A stretch of DNA of 64,000 nt, from positions 32,796 through 96,795 of the forward strand of contig JALGVJ010000014.1 in NCBI GenBank assembly GCA_029838195.1, in the 5' to 3' direction. Source of the stretch: Promethearchaeota archaeon. Lineage in GTDB: Archaea; Asgardarchaeota; Lokiarchaeia; Sigyniarchaeales; SOKP01. The position numbers were made by a program, and so were the translations under genes. Positions 19,901-30,951 of this stretch are shown piece by piece. The stretch's first letter is position 1. Each line of letters opens with the position of its first letter. A model generated the notes under the pieces. The model worked only from the letters and a program-made list of their open reading frames with translations. It did no database searches and was not told the DNA's origin.

Positions 19901-21259
19901 TTAAAATAATTTTTTCGAGAGGAGGGAATCGATATCATAATTATAAGCGATGGGGATTTCTCGATCTAAGATTTCTCCAGCAATGTTTTGCAGTAATAAG
20001 GTCTTGATTTCGTCAGGATCGGAAGTTTGACCAAGTACCCATCCTAATTTAACGTAAGCTACTTCCAAGAGCATGTTTTTTCCGGGAATGACCCCCAAGT
20101 TTTGTAGTTCTCTTCCCGTGGAATAGACATTCATGCCAACAAAGCCATGTAATGTTTGGGTGGTCATGAGAACGGTAATTCCTTCTTCAACTGCTCTTTT
20201 GATGGCGTCATAAGTATAATTACCGACGTGGCCCAATCCAGTTCCCGCAATCACGATTCCTTTATACCCGTTATCCGTGAAGTAATCTATTAATTCACCT
20301 TTCATGCCGGGATAAGAATAGATTAGGGCGATTTTTTCTTCGAACTTGGTATTAGCAACAGTTTTAAGGTTCTTGTTCTTAGTTTTAATTTTTTTGAACC
20401 ATTTTATCATTCCATTTTGTACCATGCCTAGGGGGATGTCATTAATAGTTCGAAAGGCGTGTCGGGCGGAAGAGTGCATTTTTCTCACGAGCGTGCCTTT
20501 ATGAATCAACCCATATTCATGAGAGGTGGAGCCCAGCATTACAACGACGACTTCTACGAGATTTGAAGTTGCTACTGTGGCGGCGTTAATCAAATTCATC
20601 GCAGCATCCGAGGAAGGACGATCAGAACTCCTTTGGCTTCCAACAAGAACTACGGGAATGGATAAATCATGCAGCATAAAAGCTAGAGCTGCTGCCGTGT
20701 AGCTCATGGTATCAGTTCCGTGGCCAATGATGATCCCATCAATTCCCGAGTTGGCGGCTTTTTCAATTTTTTTGGCTAAAGTTTGCCAATATTCCGGTTT
20801 CATGTTTTCGGAAAGTATTTCAAAAACAATTTCCGTGTCAAGATTACAAATTTCAGCTAGTTCGGGCACGGCGCTGTATAATTCACTTGGCGTGAACGAA
20901 GGGATGACAGCACCGGTGGTATAATCTAAGCGGGAGGCTACTGTTCCCCCCGTTCCAAATAATTTTACATGAGGCAAGTGTTCATTCAATGGAAATTCTT
21001 TTTCGGGAATCTTGTAAATAGCTTTTTTTTTACCAATTTTTTTTATTTCTTTAATTTTGGAGACATGGATGCCAATGTTATAATTATTTTCTAATTTAAT
21101 TTCCACGAAATCCGGGTGTGAATATTCATTTCTCGGTAATAATATACCATCGTAGATTGAGGTATCGGTTTTTATTTGAAGGATGTCCCAAATTTCCAAC
21201 TCATGATCTTGAAGGAACTTTTTAGTTTTCCCCTTGTATCCTTTTAATTCTTCGGTCAT
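19901..21259 (-). CDS. gatD: Glu-tRNA(Gln) amidotransferase subunit D
   Basis: TGGTVASRLDY, HGTDTM, GSQRSSDRPSSD, RKMHSS. Confidence 0.96.
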   Translation of the reverse strand: MTEELKGYKGKTKKFLQDHELEIWDILQIKTDTSIYDGILLPRNEYSHPDFVEIKLENNYNIGIHVSKIKEIKKIGKKKAIYKIPEKEFPLNEHLPHVKLFGTGGTVASRLDYTTGAVIPSFTPSELYSAVPELAEICNLDTEIVFEILSENMKPEYWQTLAKKIEKAANSGIDGIIIGHGTDTMSYTAAALAFMLHDLSIPVVLVGSQRSSDRPSSDAAMNLINAATVATSNLVEVVVVMLGSTSHEYGLIHKGTLVRKMHSSARHAFRTINDIPLGMVQNGMIKWFKKIKTKNKNLKTVANTKFEEKIALIYSYPGMKGELIDYFTDNGYKGIVIAGTGLGHVGNYTYDAIKRAVEEGITVLMTTQTLHGFVGMNVYSTGRELQNLGVIPGKNMLLEVAYVKLGWVLGQTSDPDEIKTLLLQNIAGEILDREIPIAYNYDIDSLLSKKLF

Positions 21260-23182
21260 TTATTTCACCTCTTTTATTGTTTTAGTTAGTAAAGTTTTTA
21301 ATTCTTTTGATACGACGGCACCATCGATTTTGCCTCTTACTTGTTCCATTATTTCGCCCATTAAAGGTCCCATAGCACGCATTTCTTTTTCTTTAATCAA
21401 GGAAAGATTGTTATCGATAATGTCTTGTATTAAATTTTTTAAATCAGTAATAGAAATTTTTTGAAGGTTTAATTTTTTTCTTATATCTTCGATAGAGAGA
21501 TGGGGGGAATCCGCCTTTAAGGCCATGATTTCTTCGATGGCTTCCTTACCGATTTCATTCGATTTCAAGAGAGTAAAGATCTCTTGATAATCCTTCTTTT
21601 TTAAGTTTTCAAGATTTTTTCCTTCCCTTCGCAAAGCTATGGTAGTTTCTAACAAGGTTGTAATGATTAACATGGGATTTTCCGGATAAATTTTCAAGAG
21701 AGTTTCAAACAGGTCTAATTTTCCCGTAAAAATGAGTTCTTTTATCATTCTTTCTTCTATCTTGAATTTCTTTGAATATTCTTGAATAATTTTCCATGGA
21801 TGAGGAGGAAGGTTCTCTCGAATAGATTCAATTTCTTGTTCCGTATTTAGAATGGCAAGAGAGTCCGTATCAGGATATAATCTCGCACCGCCATGTAATT
21901 CCCTTAGAAATTCGGTATTTCCATTCTCCAATGCTTTTCTTGTTTCGGGAGGGACTCCGTTAAAAGCATCTTGTACTCGCTTTATTATTACATTCATAGC
22001 TTTACTTATTTCTTTAGGTGTACCTAACACTAACACGAAACAATCATTTTCTTTAGAGTTCAATTTTTTCCTAATCATGTTAATTTCTTTTTCATCAAAT
22101 CCATACTTATTCAAATCTTCATCTGAATGAATGATGCCTTTTAAGCCAGAGATTGATTTAACCTTGCTACTCACTTCGGTTCCAAACCGATAGTCAGGCA
22201 TTAGTTCCATTCCAAAAAGTCCTTTAAATCCCGTAAAATTGATGCCAACTAATTTTTTATCGGATTTTATGCCTTTGACAATGAATCCTTTTTTTTTCAA
22301 GTTGATAACGTTGGAAACATCGATTATTTCTTGGTTTACATCATTCGGGGTCAATTTTCTTGATTGTAATTCTTTTTTCAATTTCAATAGATTTACTTGT
22401 CTTAGGACTTCATGTTCAATGAGGAGGGGAATCCAATCTAATTTTTGAACACCTTTGATCTCAATTCGTGTTCCATTTTTAATGCTCACGTTAATATCTT
22501 GTCGAATGGAACCCAAGATTCGTTTTACGTCAGTCATCCATAATAAAAGTCCCAATCTTTCGGCACATTCTTTACATTCGATGGGATCATTAATTTCGGG
22601 TTTTGTAGTGACTTCTACTAAAGGAACTCCCAATCGATCTAATCTGAAATAGTTCGTTTTGCCTTCGGTTTTAATCTTTCTTGCGGCATCTTCTTCTAAA
22701 CATAAAATATCAATGCCTATTTTTTTCCCTCCCTCAAGCTTAATATATCCTTCTTTAGCTAAAATCATGGTCCTCTGAAACCCACACGGAACACTTCCAT
22801 CAAGATAATTTTTTCTGCAAACGTGCATTTCCTCAACGACATCCGCATTTAAGAGTAAAGCAATTTGAAGGGCAATTTTTTTGGCCTCTTCATTGCAAGG
22901 GAAGGGAGGCGTTTCATCTAGTTCATAGGTACAAATTACATCGCCATACCCTTCATAAATAATGGTCATATCTTTTTCGTATTCCGTTAACATAGCTTCA
23001 TCATACGTCCCCATTTCCCCTAATACCGGGCGCATAAAACGTTTTACCCGAAAATCCGGTTCTCTTGAGCCTTGAAGCTCATTAGGACAACGACAAAAAA
23101 GTTTTGTTTTAGAATCAAGTTGTTGATGGATTTCTAAACCGCATTTAAGTCCCAATTTCTGATAATCGAGGATACTTTTCAC
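21260..23182 (-). CDS. gatE: Glu-tRNA(Gln) amidotransferase subunit E
   Basis: GLEIHQQL..KLFC, GFQRT, LEEDAAR, RLDRLG.PL.E, RLYPDTD. Confidence 0.96.
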   Translation of the reverse strand: MKSILDYQKLGLKCGLEIHQQLDSKTKLFCRCPNELQGSREPDFRVKRFMRPVLGEMGTYDEAMLTEYEKDMTIIYEGYGDVICTYELDETPPFPCNEEAKKIALQIALLLNADVVEEMHVCRKNYLDGSVPCGFQRTMILAKEGYIKLEGGKKIGIDILCLEEDAARKIKTEGKTNYFRLDRLGVPLVEVTTKPEINDPIECKECAERLGLLLWMTDVKRILGSIRQDINVSIKNGTRIEIKGVQKLDWIPLLIEHEVLRQVNLLKLKKELQSRKLTPNDVNQEIIDVSNVINLKKKGFIVKGIKSDKKLVGINFTGFKGLFGMELMPDYRFGTEVSSKVKSISGLKGIIHSDEDLNKYGFDEKEINMIRKKLNSKENDCFVLVLGTPKEISKAMNVIIKRVQDAFNGVPPETRKALENGNTEFLRELHGGARLYPDTDSLAILNTEQEIESIRENLPPHPWKIIQEYSKKFKIEERMIKELIFTGKLDLFETLLKIYPENPMLIITTLLETTIALRREGKNLENLKKKDYQEIFTLLKSNEIGKEAIEEIMALKADSPHLSIEDIRKKLNLQKISITDLKNLIQDIIDNNLSLIKEKEMRAMGPLMGEIMEQVRGKIDGAVVSKELKTLLTKTIKEVK

Positions 23183-23328
23183 GTTAATTCACATCATGTT
23201 AAAACCTAATTTTTAATAAAAACTTCATGGAAAATAAATTAATATCTCATTAAATAACATGATAAAAACAAATTTAATTTATTCAATATTGCCTATTAAA
23301 AGCCTCATTCATCAAGTATTTAATAGCA

Positions 23329-24414
23329 TTACGTGAGAAAAAAAACACCTTCGCTTTCTATTACATTCGAATGATGAGAAAGGAAATCAATTAGAAAATT
23401 TAACTCTCTTTTAAATCTTTCAGGATTCAATTTAAACTTAAAACTTAATTTCATTTTGCTTTCAATTTCAATCCAGTGGAGCTTCTGAAAGAACTCCAAT
23501 AAGCTCAAAAGAAATTTATCTTTAGAATATTTACCAAACTTTCTTAGATCATTTTCCATTTTTTTTAAAATTTGTTCGAATACTCGATAATTTTTGTGGA
23601 CTATAATAATATTTTTATCCGTAGCAAGTTTTTGAAAAAAATACCGATGATCTTCTTCATTGATGATATTTTCGAAATGAATGATTTGAGATAAATTATG
23701 ATATGTAAGAGCTTGTCGCTCTTTTTCTCTAGATATATCCTTACAAAAGAGCAAGTCTGTCAATATTACATACATGATACACGTTAAATTTTCCATATCT
23801 TGATGAAACCTTACAACTTTAACACCCAAATATCCAAGAAGGCTTGCATTTAGCTTCATATTTTCAAAAAGGAGGAGGGGAGAGGCTCCTTTAATCTTGA
23901 TTTCAAAAGAAAAATCTTGATCGGAATTAGTATTCAAGGGATTTATATTTATCTTTTCTACAATCGTTTTATGAAGATTTGAATTCGCAAATCCATTGAG
24001 GAAATTAAAAACTTTAGTTTTATCCTTAATTGGTAAATTTTCTTGAAAAATGGATAGTATGTTAATAAACAGCTTTGGAGAATCGTGAAAATGAAAAGGC
24101 ATGTATTTATTTAGTTTTATTAAATCTTCATATTGAAGAGATAATGCTTTAAAAGAGAGATTATCATAAAATTGAATTATATTACCCCCGATAATTTTTT
24201 TGATATCATCAAGAGATTTATTTTCTTTAAAAAAATTCATTACATTTTCCATTAAAAAATGGATTGTTGAGGATAAACTTTTAAAATTCTTATCATGAGG
24301 ATTTTTACCTTGTTGCTCATTGTAATATCGAACTATTCTTTCTTTTAAGGAGGAGGGAAGGACAATGGTTACTCTCTCTGTTTTTTTATTAGATAAAAAT
24401 TTTTTCGAACTCAT
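23329..24414 (-). CDS. Hypothetical protein with possible N-terminal RHH, paralog of 24454..25530
   Basis: RVTIVLPSSLKERI...FKSLSS; shares HNLS and FxKLHWI motifs with its neighbour. Confidence 0.6.
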   Translation of the reverse strand: MSSKKFLSNKKTERVTIVLPSSLKERIVRYYNEQQGKNPHDKNFKSLSSTIHFLMENVMNFFKENKSLDDIKKIIGGNIIQFYDNLSFKALSLQYEDLIKLNKYMPFHFHDSPKLFINILSIFQENLPIKDKTKVFNFLNGFANSNLHKTIVEKININPLNTNSDQDFSFEIKIKGASPLLLFENMKLNASLLGYLGVKVVRFHQDMENLTCIMYVILTDLLFCKDISREKERQALTYHNLSQIIHFENIINEEDHRYFFQKLATDKNIIIVHKNYRVFEQILKKMENDLRKFGKYSKDKFLLSLLEFFQKLHWIEIESKMKLSFKFKLNPERFKRELNFLIDFLSHHSNVIESEGVFFLT

Positions 24415-24453
24415 TTAATCCCATTTGAATTATTTAATTAAAAAAGAGATTTT

Positions 24454-25530
24454 TCAATTTTTAGGGATAAGATTGATTTTATTTTCTTTTAAATGTTGGA
24501 GCTCGGCATATTGAGAAAGGAATTCCTTTAAATAATCTATCTCCTCTTTGGAATGCTCATTAGAAAGGTTAATGTTAAAAATTAGTTCTTCATCATTTTC
24601 GATTGAAATCCAATGCAATTTCTCAAATATTTTTAATATGTTTAAAAGAAAATTTTCTTTTTTCCCAAATTTTTCAATATCTTTAAGGAACATGTCTATC
24701 CAATAATCTCGAGTTTTATCTATATTAAATTTAACCACGCATTCTTTATCTTCCGCAAGTTTCATCCATAAGTGATATTCCTTCTCATCATTGATTATTC
24801 GTTCATGATTTACAAAAAATGAGAGATTATGTTGAATCAATTTTAATCGTTCTGAAGTAGCGATTTCACTTTGATATGCCAGATCAGTATCTTCAAAATA
24901 ATATCTACAATACTTCGATTTCTCATTATACAAGCAGTCTGTAATCTTCAATCCAACATAACCATAAATCGCAGCGATCATTTTACAATTTTCAAAATGG
25001 AGGTTTTGATACGTGCCGATGTATTCTAACTTGAATTTGGAAGGAATTCCTCTTTCAATTTCCTCGAAATTATACTCCTTGGTTAATTTATTAGAAATTG
25101 CATAGTTTCTAAAGCGTTCGTGTTTTAACATTAAATCATCCACATCACGAGGGATTTGAATATAAAATTCTTTCAAGGCCAAGAAAAAATCGGTCATGTT
25201 ATCATAAAAAGAGATGTCATATTTATTCGGTTGCACGGCAACCTCATAATAAGGAATAGTGGCACGGAAACTATATTTATCATAAAAAGTTACCATGGTA
25301 CCATCCGCATAATTTTTTAAATCATCCAAAGTTTTTCCACTTTCTAATAAATTCATCACGTTTTCCAAGACATAGTTATAAAACGCAGATACACTCTTGT
25401 ATCTTTCATCATTGGGTTGCATTTTAGCTTTTTTATTAACATGGCGAGTTATCCAATCTTTTAAAGCCGGCGAAATGGATATCGTTTGTCGGGTTATTTT
25501 TTTATTGGAGGCCTTTTTTTTAACTGACAT
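24454..25530 (-). CDS. Hypothetical protein with possible N-terminal RHH, paralog of 23329..24414
   Basis: RQTISISPALKDWI...YKSVSAF; long ORF colinear with its neighbour. Confidence 0.6.
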   Translation of the reverse strand: MSVKKKASNKKITRQTISISPALKDWITRHVNKKAKMQPNDERYKSVSAFYNYVLENVMNLLESGKTLDDLKNYADGTMVTFYDKYSFRATIPYYEVAVQPNKYDISFYDNMTDFFLALKEFYIQIPRDVDDLMLKHERFRNYAISNKLTKEYNFEEIERGIPSKFKLEYIGTYQNLHFENCKMIAAIYGYVGLKITDCLYNEKSKYCRYYFEDTDLAYQSEIATSERLKLIQHNLSFFVNHERIINDEKEYHLWMKLAEDKECVVKFNIDKTRDYWIDMFLKDIEKFGKKENFLLNILKIFEKLHWISIENDEELIFNINLSNEHSKEEIDYLKEFLSQYAELQHLKENKINLIPKN

Positions 25531-25923
25531 AACATGAGTGAAAAATATTTGATTTAATTATTCATATATTAAATTTATTAATATCTTAAATTTATTTAAA
25601 TATTTGTGAAAAATTTCACTTCAAACAAGATTTTGAAAATACATGTTACTTATAATATAGCGTATTTTCTAAAATTTTTTTGCTACCTAAATGCGTGGAA
25701 AAAGGTTGGAATATTTTTTTTCCCCTAAAGTTAATATCTAGATTTAAATACTATTGCAAAATCTTAATATTCGAGATTTTAAGTCATAAAAATTTAAAAT
25801 CTCATGATGAAGTGATTTCGATCTCACCTAAACGGGTAGATAAAAGGAAAGGAGGCGAATAATAAAGACAAAAATCCCCCAATCTTTTACTCCCATCTTT
25901 CATTTTTTACCATTCCTTTAAAA

Positions 25924-27586
25924 TTAAATCAATTTTTTTGAAACATAAGGACCATCTTTTTGATATCCTTGGTTATAAAACCATTGTTTAACGCCTAATC
26001 CACTAATTACAGCTATTTTTTTTAAACCAAATTCTTCTTTTGAAATTTTTTCTGCTTGTTTTAATAATGTTTTTCCGAGACCTTTGTGTTGGATTTGACC
26101 TTGTTCGCGTGGCGGGGCACCCCAAGGAACTAACATGCCAACGATCTTGATTTCTCGCACGATAGAAGTGTTGCCATCATTTAATTCCTTTCTATGTGCT
26201 TTTTCAGACGGTATTCTCAATCTTAAATAGCCTAATAAGCACGTTCTTTTAATGTCTTCATGAGAGAGAAAAATTTCTTTACCTTCTGAGGCATCATACT
26301 CGTAGCTTAATAACTTAATTTCATTTAAAAGCGCAGCATTGTCTTGATATTTAGGGGTAAGATATCCTAATTCTCTACACCTAATACAACGGCATGAAGC
26401 ATTTTTTTCTTTTAATTTCTCATGGATTAACTGTCTTAAGTTGCTTTTTTTACAGCCCGCTTGAATTAAATAGGCAGGGATATCTCGCATTATTCTCTGA
26501 ATTCTAATATAAGGAGGGAGAGTTTTTTTCACAGACGCTAATAGATCTATTAATTTTTCTTCCGAATAAGGCACATATTTTCCTTTTTTCCACCAAGAAT
26601 ATAACTCAGTTCCTTGAATCACTAAAGTAGGATAGATTTTTAACATATCAGGTCTATAATTAGGATCACTAAATAGTGTTTGGAACATCTCAAGATCTTT
26701 CTGAAGCGAAGAGCCAGGCAAATTGGGCATTACATGAAGATTTACTTTGAATCCAGCATCTTTAGCTATTCGAATTGCTTCAATAGAATCGGCAGTAGAA
26801 TGGCCTCTTTTTATTAATTTATAAATATCATCATAAACGGTTTGCACGCCGATTTCTACTCTTGTCGTACCATAATGAAGCATTAAATCAACATGTTCTT
26901 CCTTGCAGTAATCCGGTCTTGTTTCAATTGTCAATCCAACTAATCTTTTACGTGAACGTTCCGCTTTTTTTTTTGCTTCCTCTAATGAAGTCGTATTTTC
27001 CCCGATTATTCCTTCTAAAGCCCCTTTAACAAAATTTTCCTGATATGAGTGATCTGTCGATAAGAAGGTCCCTCCCATTACGATGAGCTCAATTTTTTAT
27101 GGTGATCCAGGGCATGTCCCGAATCAAGTCCACATCATGACCGATGGCGTCTAAATCAGAAATTCGAGAAAGAACTTGTTCCTTAGGGTCATAATTACAA
27201 TAAATCGACCTCATGGCTGCCGGTTCTCTTCCCGTATATGATTTAGCAACTTTTTCTCCAGGTTGGGAGTGGACACCCGGACAATAAACACATTCACCCG
27301 GACATAGCAAGGGTTTTGTCATGATTGCGATGACCGTTACACCCGAAAGCGTTCTCGTTGAGCGTCTTTTCAGTAATTTTCGTAAAATTTTTTTTTCTTC
27401 TTCAGACGCATGACTCAAGATGGTAGCATTTTTGATGACTTTTGGATAGTGATACTTTTTACCAATCTTACCCTTGAGATTAGTGATTTTGCTTTTAGAA
27501 AAATTGGGTTTCTTAATTAAAACTTCAATTATTTCCCGTGCTATTTTATTTTCCAAATTTAAACTATTATTATCTTTTACATCCAT
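25924..27586 (-). CDS. elp3: tRNA U34 acetyltransferase Elp3 (radical SAM + GNAT), two exons: join(27586..27128, 27096..25924), 543 aa
   Basis: RTLSGV..IAIMTKP, CPGECVYCPG, KSYTGREPAAMR in exon 1; MGGTF, TIETRPD, RVEIGVQ, KIYPTLV, QHKGLG in exon 2; removing 31 nt gives GHDVD-KIELIVMGGTF. Confidence 0.92.
27097..27127 (-). other. Predicted 31-nt BHB-type intron in elp3 mRNA
   Basis: Central helix GTGG/CCAT, bulges AC^T and AA^A, inner helix TGATTC/GGATCA plus GGG/CCC; excision restores the frame. Confidence 0.85.
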
Positions 27587-27789
27587 GGTTGAAACATGAC
27601 ATTCTATTATTCATATTAAATTAGCATCGAAAATATTCTTTTTGGGTCAATTTTTTACCATTTATTAATGCTTTTAATAATTTTGGAAAAATTTTTCCTT
27701 AAAAAAAGAGGGTTTTGAAAGAAGCTTCTACTGCAAGGGAGCTTGAAAAATTAAATGATTAATAACATGAGGAGATAAGGAAATAATGT

Positions 27790-28638
27790 TTAAATCAACA
27801 CTTTCTTTCCCGTAAAATCTCTTTTAAATCTTCCGAAATCATCAACTTTTCTAAGAATTTCAGAATCAAACACGGGGCCATCTGTACATGTTAATAACCC
27901 TAAAGGATCTAACACGCACAGTCCACATAATCCACATCCACATCGCATAATTCTTTCAAGACTAGCTTGTAAAGGAATTCCATATCGTTCGCATGTTTTA
28001 AAAATTTTAAACATCATTTTTTCTGGCCCGCACGTGTATACTAAAAGATTTTTTGTTCTTTCCCTTGGATAGTCTTTTAAGATTTCCGTGAATATATCCG
28101 AGGCCAATCCTTTTAGCGCATAACTCCCATCATCCGTACAATAGAAATTTGATACATTATCCTCAGGAAAATTTTTACAAAATTCTTTAAATATCATCTC
28201 ATCTCTTGTTTTGATGCCTATAACCAACTTGAAGGGATGGTGATTTTCCTTTAATTCTAAAATTAAAGGGCGTAAGGGCGCAAGTCCAATTCCTCCAGCA
28301 ATTATAAATACCTCCTTGCATTTTTCTGGAGGAAGTTCAAATCCATTTCCAAAAGGACCTCTTATTCCAATATAATCGCCAACATTCAAATCTAATAAAG
28401 CTTTCGTGCATTCACCCACTTTTTTAACTGTAATGCTCCAATTTCCTTTAGAATCATAATGGGAAAGAGAAATGGGAATTTCATCCACCCCCGGCACCCA
28501 GACCATGATGAATTGGCCCGGTCTCGGAGAAATATAGTTATTATTTTTTGGATCCACCGAAAAATTGAGGGTTTTTACATTTTTACATTCTTCAACAACA
28601 TGCTCTATTTTTACAGTTCTCACTACATTTTTACTCAA
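27790..28638 (-). CDS. pyrK: Dihydroorotate dehydrogenase electron transfer subunit
   Basis: PGQFIMVW, RGPFGNGF, GGIGLAP, CGPE, MRCGCGLCGLC. Confidence 0.93.
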   Translation of the reverse strand: MSKNVVRTVKIEHVVEECKNVKTLNFSVDPKNNNYISPRPGQFIMVWVPGVDEIPISLSHYDSKGNWSITVKKVGECTKALLDLNVGDYIGIRGPFGNGFELPPEKCKEVFIIAGGIGLAPLRPLILELKENHHPFKLVIGIKTRDEMIFKEFCKNFPEDNVSNFYCTDDGSYALKGLASDIFTEILKDYPRERTKNLLVYTCGPEKMMFKIFKTCERYGIPLQASLERIMRCGCGLCGLCVLDPLGLLTCTDGPVFDSEILRKVDDFGRFKRDFTGKKVLI

Positions 28639-29584
28639 ATTCGGGTTCCTCCTGTATTTCGTGTTTATGAGCTAACCCAATTAACTCCATGATGGTGTTA
28701 TAATTATTTCTCATTAAATATGCTTTTAAATCTTTTATAATTTTCGTGATTACATCAAATCCTTGATATAAAGCAGTTCCCATTTGAACGGCGGAGGCTC
28801 CTGCTAAAAAAAATTCTATGACATCGTGCCACCATGAAATGCCTCCGCATCCAATAATGGGAATTTTTAAAACTTTATATAAATCATATACTTTCTTAAT
28901 TGCAATAGGATGAATCGCTTTACCTGATAATCCTCCCGAGCCATGAGAAAGAATGGGCTTTTGGGTATTAACATCTATAACCATGGCACTAATTGTATTA
29001 ATAGCAACCACCCCATCTGCGCCCGCTTTTTCAGCTGCTAATGCAATATCCGTGATATCGGTAACATTAGGATTCAACTTCACAAATACGGGAAGAGAAA
29101 TTCTCTTTTTAATCTCGTGAACCAATTGAAAAGTTAAATCTTTATCAATACCAATGGAGGAAACTTCTGCATGGGGACAAGAGATATTGAGTTCAAGAGC
29201 CCATGCTCCTGAATTTGCCGCTTTAGTTGCAACATCGATATAAGATTGAATAGAACCCCCAAACACGCTCATTATTAAAGGTAGGCTATTATTTTCCGCT
29301 GCCTTGAGTTCTGAAATAAAATTATCAATACCCGGATTGGCCAACCCCACACTGTTTAAAAAGGTGCCGGGATAAATTTCAATAATGGATGGATTTCTAT
29401 AACCTTTTCTTGGTCTAGGGCCTATAGATTTAGAAACTACCGCCCCGGCACCAGCAGCAAGCGCTCGTTTCATTGTGGACAATGAGACACCAAGAATACC
29501 AGAAGCTAAAATAAGAGGTGTTTTTAATTTTAATTTCGAGAGGTGAGTTTCTAAAATTTTTTCTTGGAAATCATGAGAGCGCAT
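28631..29584 (-). CDS. pyrD: Dihydroorotate dehydrogenase family 1B catalytic subunit
   Basis: LASG, NSVGLANPG, ELNISCPH, VKL.PN, GGLSG, IIGCGGI. Confidence 0.95.
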   Translation of the reverse strand: MRSHDFQEKILETHLSKLKLKTPLILASGILGVSLSTMKRALAAGAGAVVSKSIGPRPRKGYRNPSIIEIYPGTFLNSVGLANPGIDNFISELKAAENNSLPLIMSVFGGSIQSYIDVATKAANSGAWALELNISCPHAEVSSIGIDKDLTFQLVHEIKKRISLPVFVKLNPNVTDITDIALAAEKAGADGVVAINTISAMVIDVNTQKPILSHGSGGLSGKAIHPIAIKKVYDLYKVLKIPIIGCGGISWWHDVIEFFLAGASAVQMGTALYQGFDVITKIIKDLKAYLMRNNYNTIMELIGLAHKHEIQEEPEFE

Positions 29585-29709
29585 GATGAGTTTAATATTA
29601 AATGAATATTTTTTTCATTCAAGATAATTGGTTCTTTACCGTATAAATTTTTTTAAAAGAAAATAATGATTATTATGATTTATAATCTTTTCATGAGAGT
29701 TTAAGAAAA

Positions 29710-30951
29710 ATGAAATGCTTTATTATTGATTGTTATATTGGGATCTTTGCGGTAGATGAGGCGGGAAATATCATAAATTTTCAAGATTTTAATGAGGACA
29801 GAGAGCAAAAAATTGCTTTTTTTCGAGAAATAAAAAATAAGACTCTCACGAGAGAATACAAGACTTTTTTAAACGAATTAGTAAATTCAGGCTTTAATCA
29901 ATTTTTATTTGACAATAAAGAGCTCGCAGATTTAACTTTTAGCGAGCTAGGATACACTTCTAACTTAGTGAAGGATTCAGAAGAATTTAAGAATTTTAGA
30001 TTCAATCTTACGTCCCATTTAAATCGTATTGGAATTCATAAATCTCAAGCGGATTTATTACGAGAATACAAGGAAATAAGTGAAACTTTGATAAAATATC
30101 ACGTGAGTCGGGCGGGAGAAGCTGAAGATTTAATGATCATTCAGACCATAGAAACAATAGATCAGATAAAAAAATCAATCAGTTCATTTACCATGCGATT
30201 ACGGGAATGGTATGGGCTATATTTTCCAGAATTAACGGATAAAATTATTGATGATGAAATCGTATTAGCGCAAATAATATCATACCTAGGGGAGCGAGCC
30301 TCATTCACGGAAGAAAATTTAAAAAATTATTTCAATTTTTCTGAGCATTTAGTTCAGTCATTACAAGAAAAGGCTAAAACATCCATGGGTGCAGAAATTG
30401 ATATCTCCATGATGCAAGCTTTAGCAAATCAAATTCTTTCCTTGAATGAGTATCGGGTTGAGTTGGAGGATTATTTATCACGGTTGATGGAACAAGTAGC
30501 TCCCAATTTAACTGCTGTCATTGGTTCATTAATTGGCGCTAAATTAATGGCTAAAGCGGGGAGTTTAAAAAAAGTAGCTTTCATGCCCGCTTCTCGAATA
30601 CAATTATTAGGAGCAGAAAAGGCATTATACAGATTTCTTAAAACGGGACAAAAAGTACCAAAACATGGGCTTATATTTCAATGGAACCAAATAAGAGGAA
30701 GCCCCGCTAGTATTCGAGGAAATATTGCTCGATTAATCGCAAATAAAATTGCGATTGCCGCAAAAATCGATTATTTTGGAGGGGATTTTAAAGGTGAACT
30801 CCTTTCTCAAGAAATTAATGAAAAAATCAAGATGATTAAAAAAAAACTCCCTCGAAAGAAAAAAAAGGAAGAAATTTCATCCCTCCCCGTTCCAAAAAAG
30901 AAAAAAAAGAAAAAAAACAAGAAAAAGAGGAAGAAATATGGAAAAACTTGA
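29710..30951 (+). CDS. nop5: C/D box sRNP protein Nop5 (Nop56/58)
   Basis: RLREWYG..FPEL, APNL, PASRIQLLGAEKAL, PKHGLIFQ, Lys-rich tail. Confidence 0.95.
   Translation: MKCFIIDCYIGIFAVDEAGNIINFQDFNEDREQKIAFFREIKNKTLTREYKTFLNELVNSGFNQFLFDNKELADLTFSELGYTSNLVKDSEEFKNFRFNLTSHLNRIGIHKSQADLLREYKEISETLIKYHVSRAGEAEDLMIIQTIETIDQIKKSISSFTMRLREWYGLYFPELTDKIIDDEIVLAQIISYLGERASFTEENLKNYFNFSEHLVQSLQEKAKTSMGAEIDISMMQALANQILSLNEYRVELEDYLSRLMEQVAPNLTAVIGSLIGAKLMAKAGSLKKVAFMPASRIQLLGAEKALYRFLKTGQKVPKHGLIFQWNQIRGSPASIRGNIARLIANKIAIAAKIDYFGGDFKGELLSQEINEKIKMIKKKLPRKKKKEEISSLPVPKKKKKKKNKKKRKKYGKT

Noticed and set aside
27089-27100. Programmed frameshift or homopolymer sequencing error at the A6 run, or Sec readthrough of the TGA, as the explanation for split elp3
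   Set aside because: A 1-nt fix would leave about 10 extra residues between D and KIELI, and readthrough stays in the wrong frame; only removal of the 31-nt hairpin restores the conserved motif
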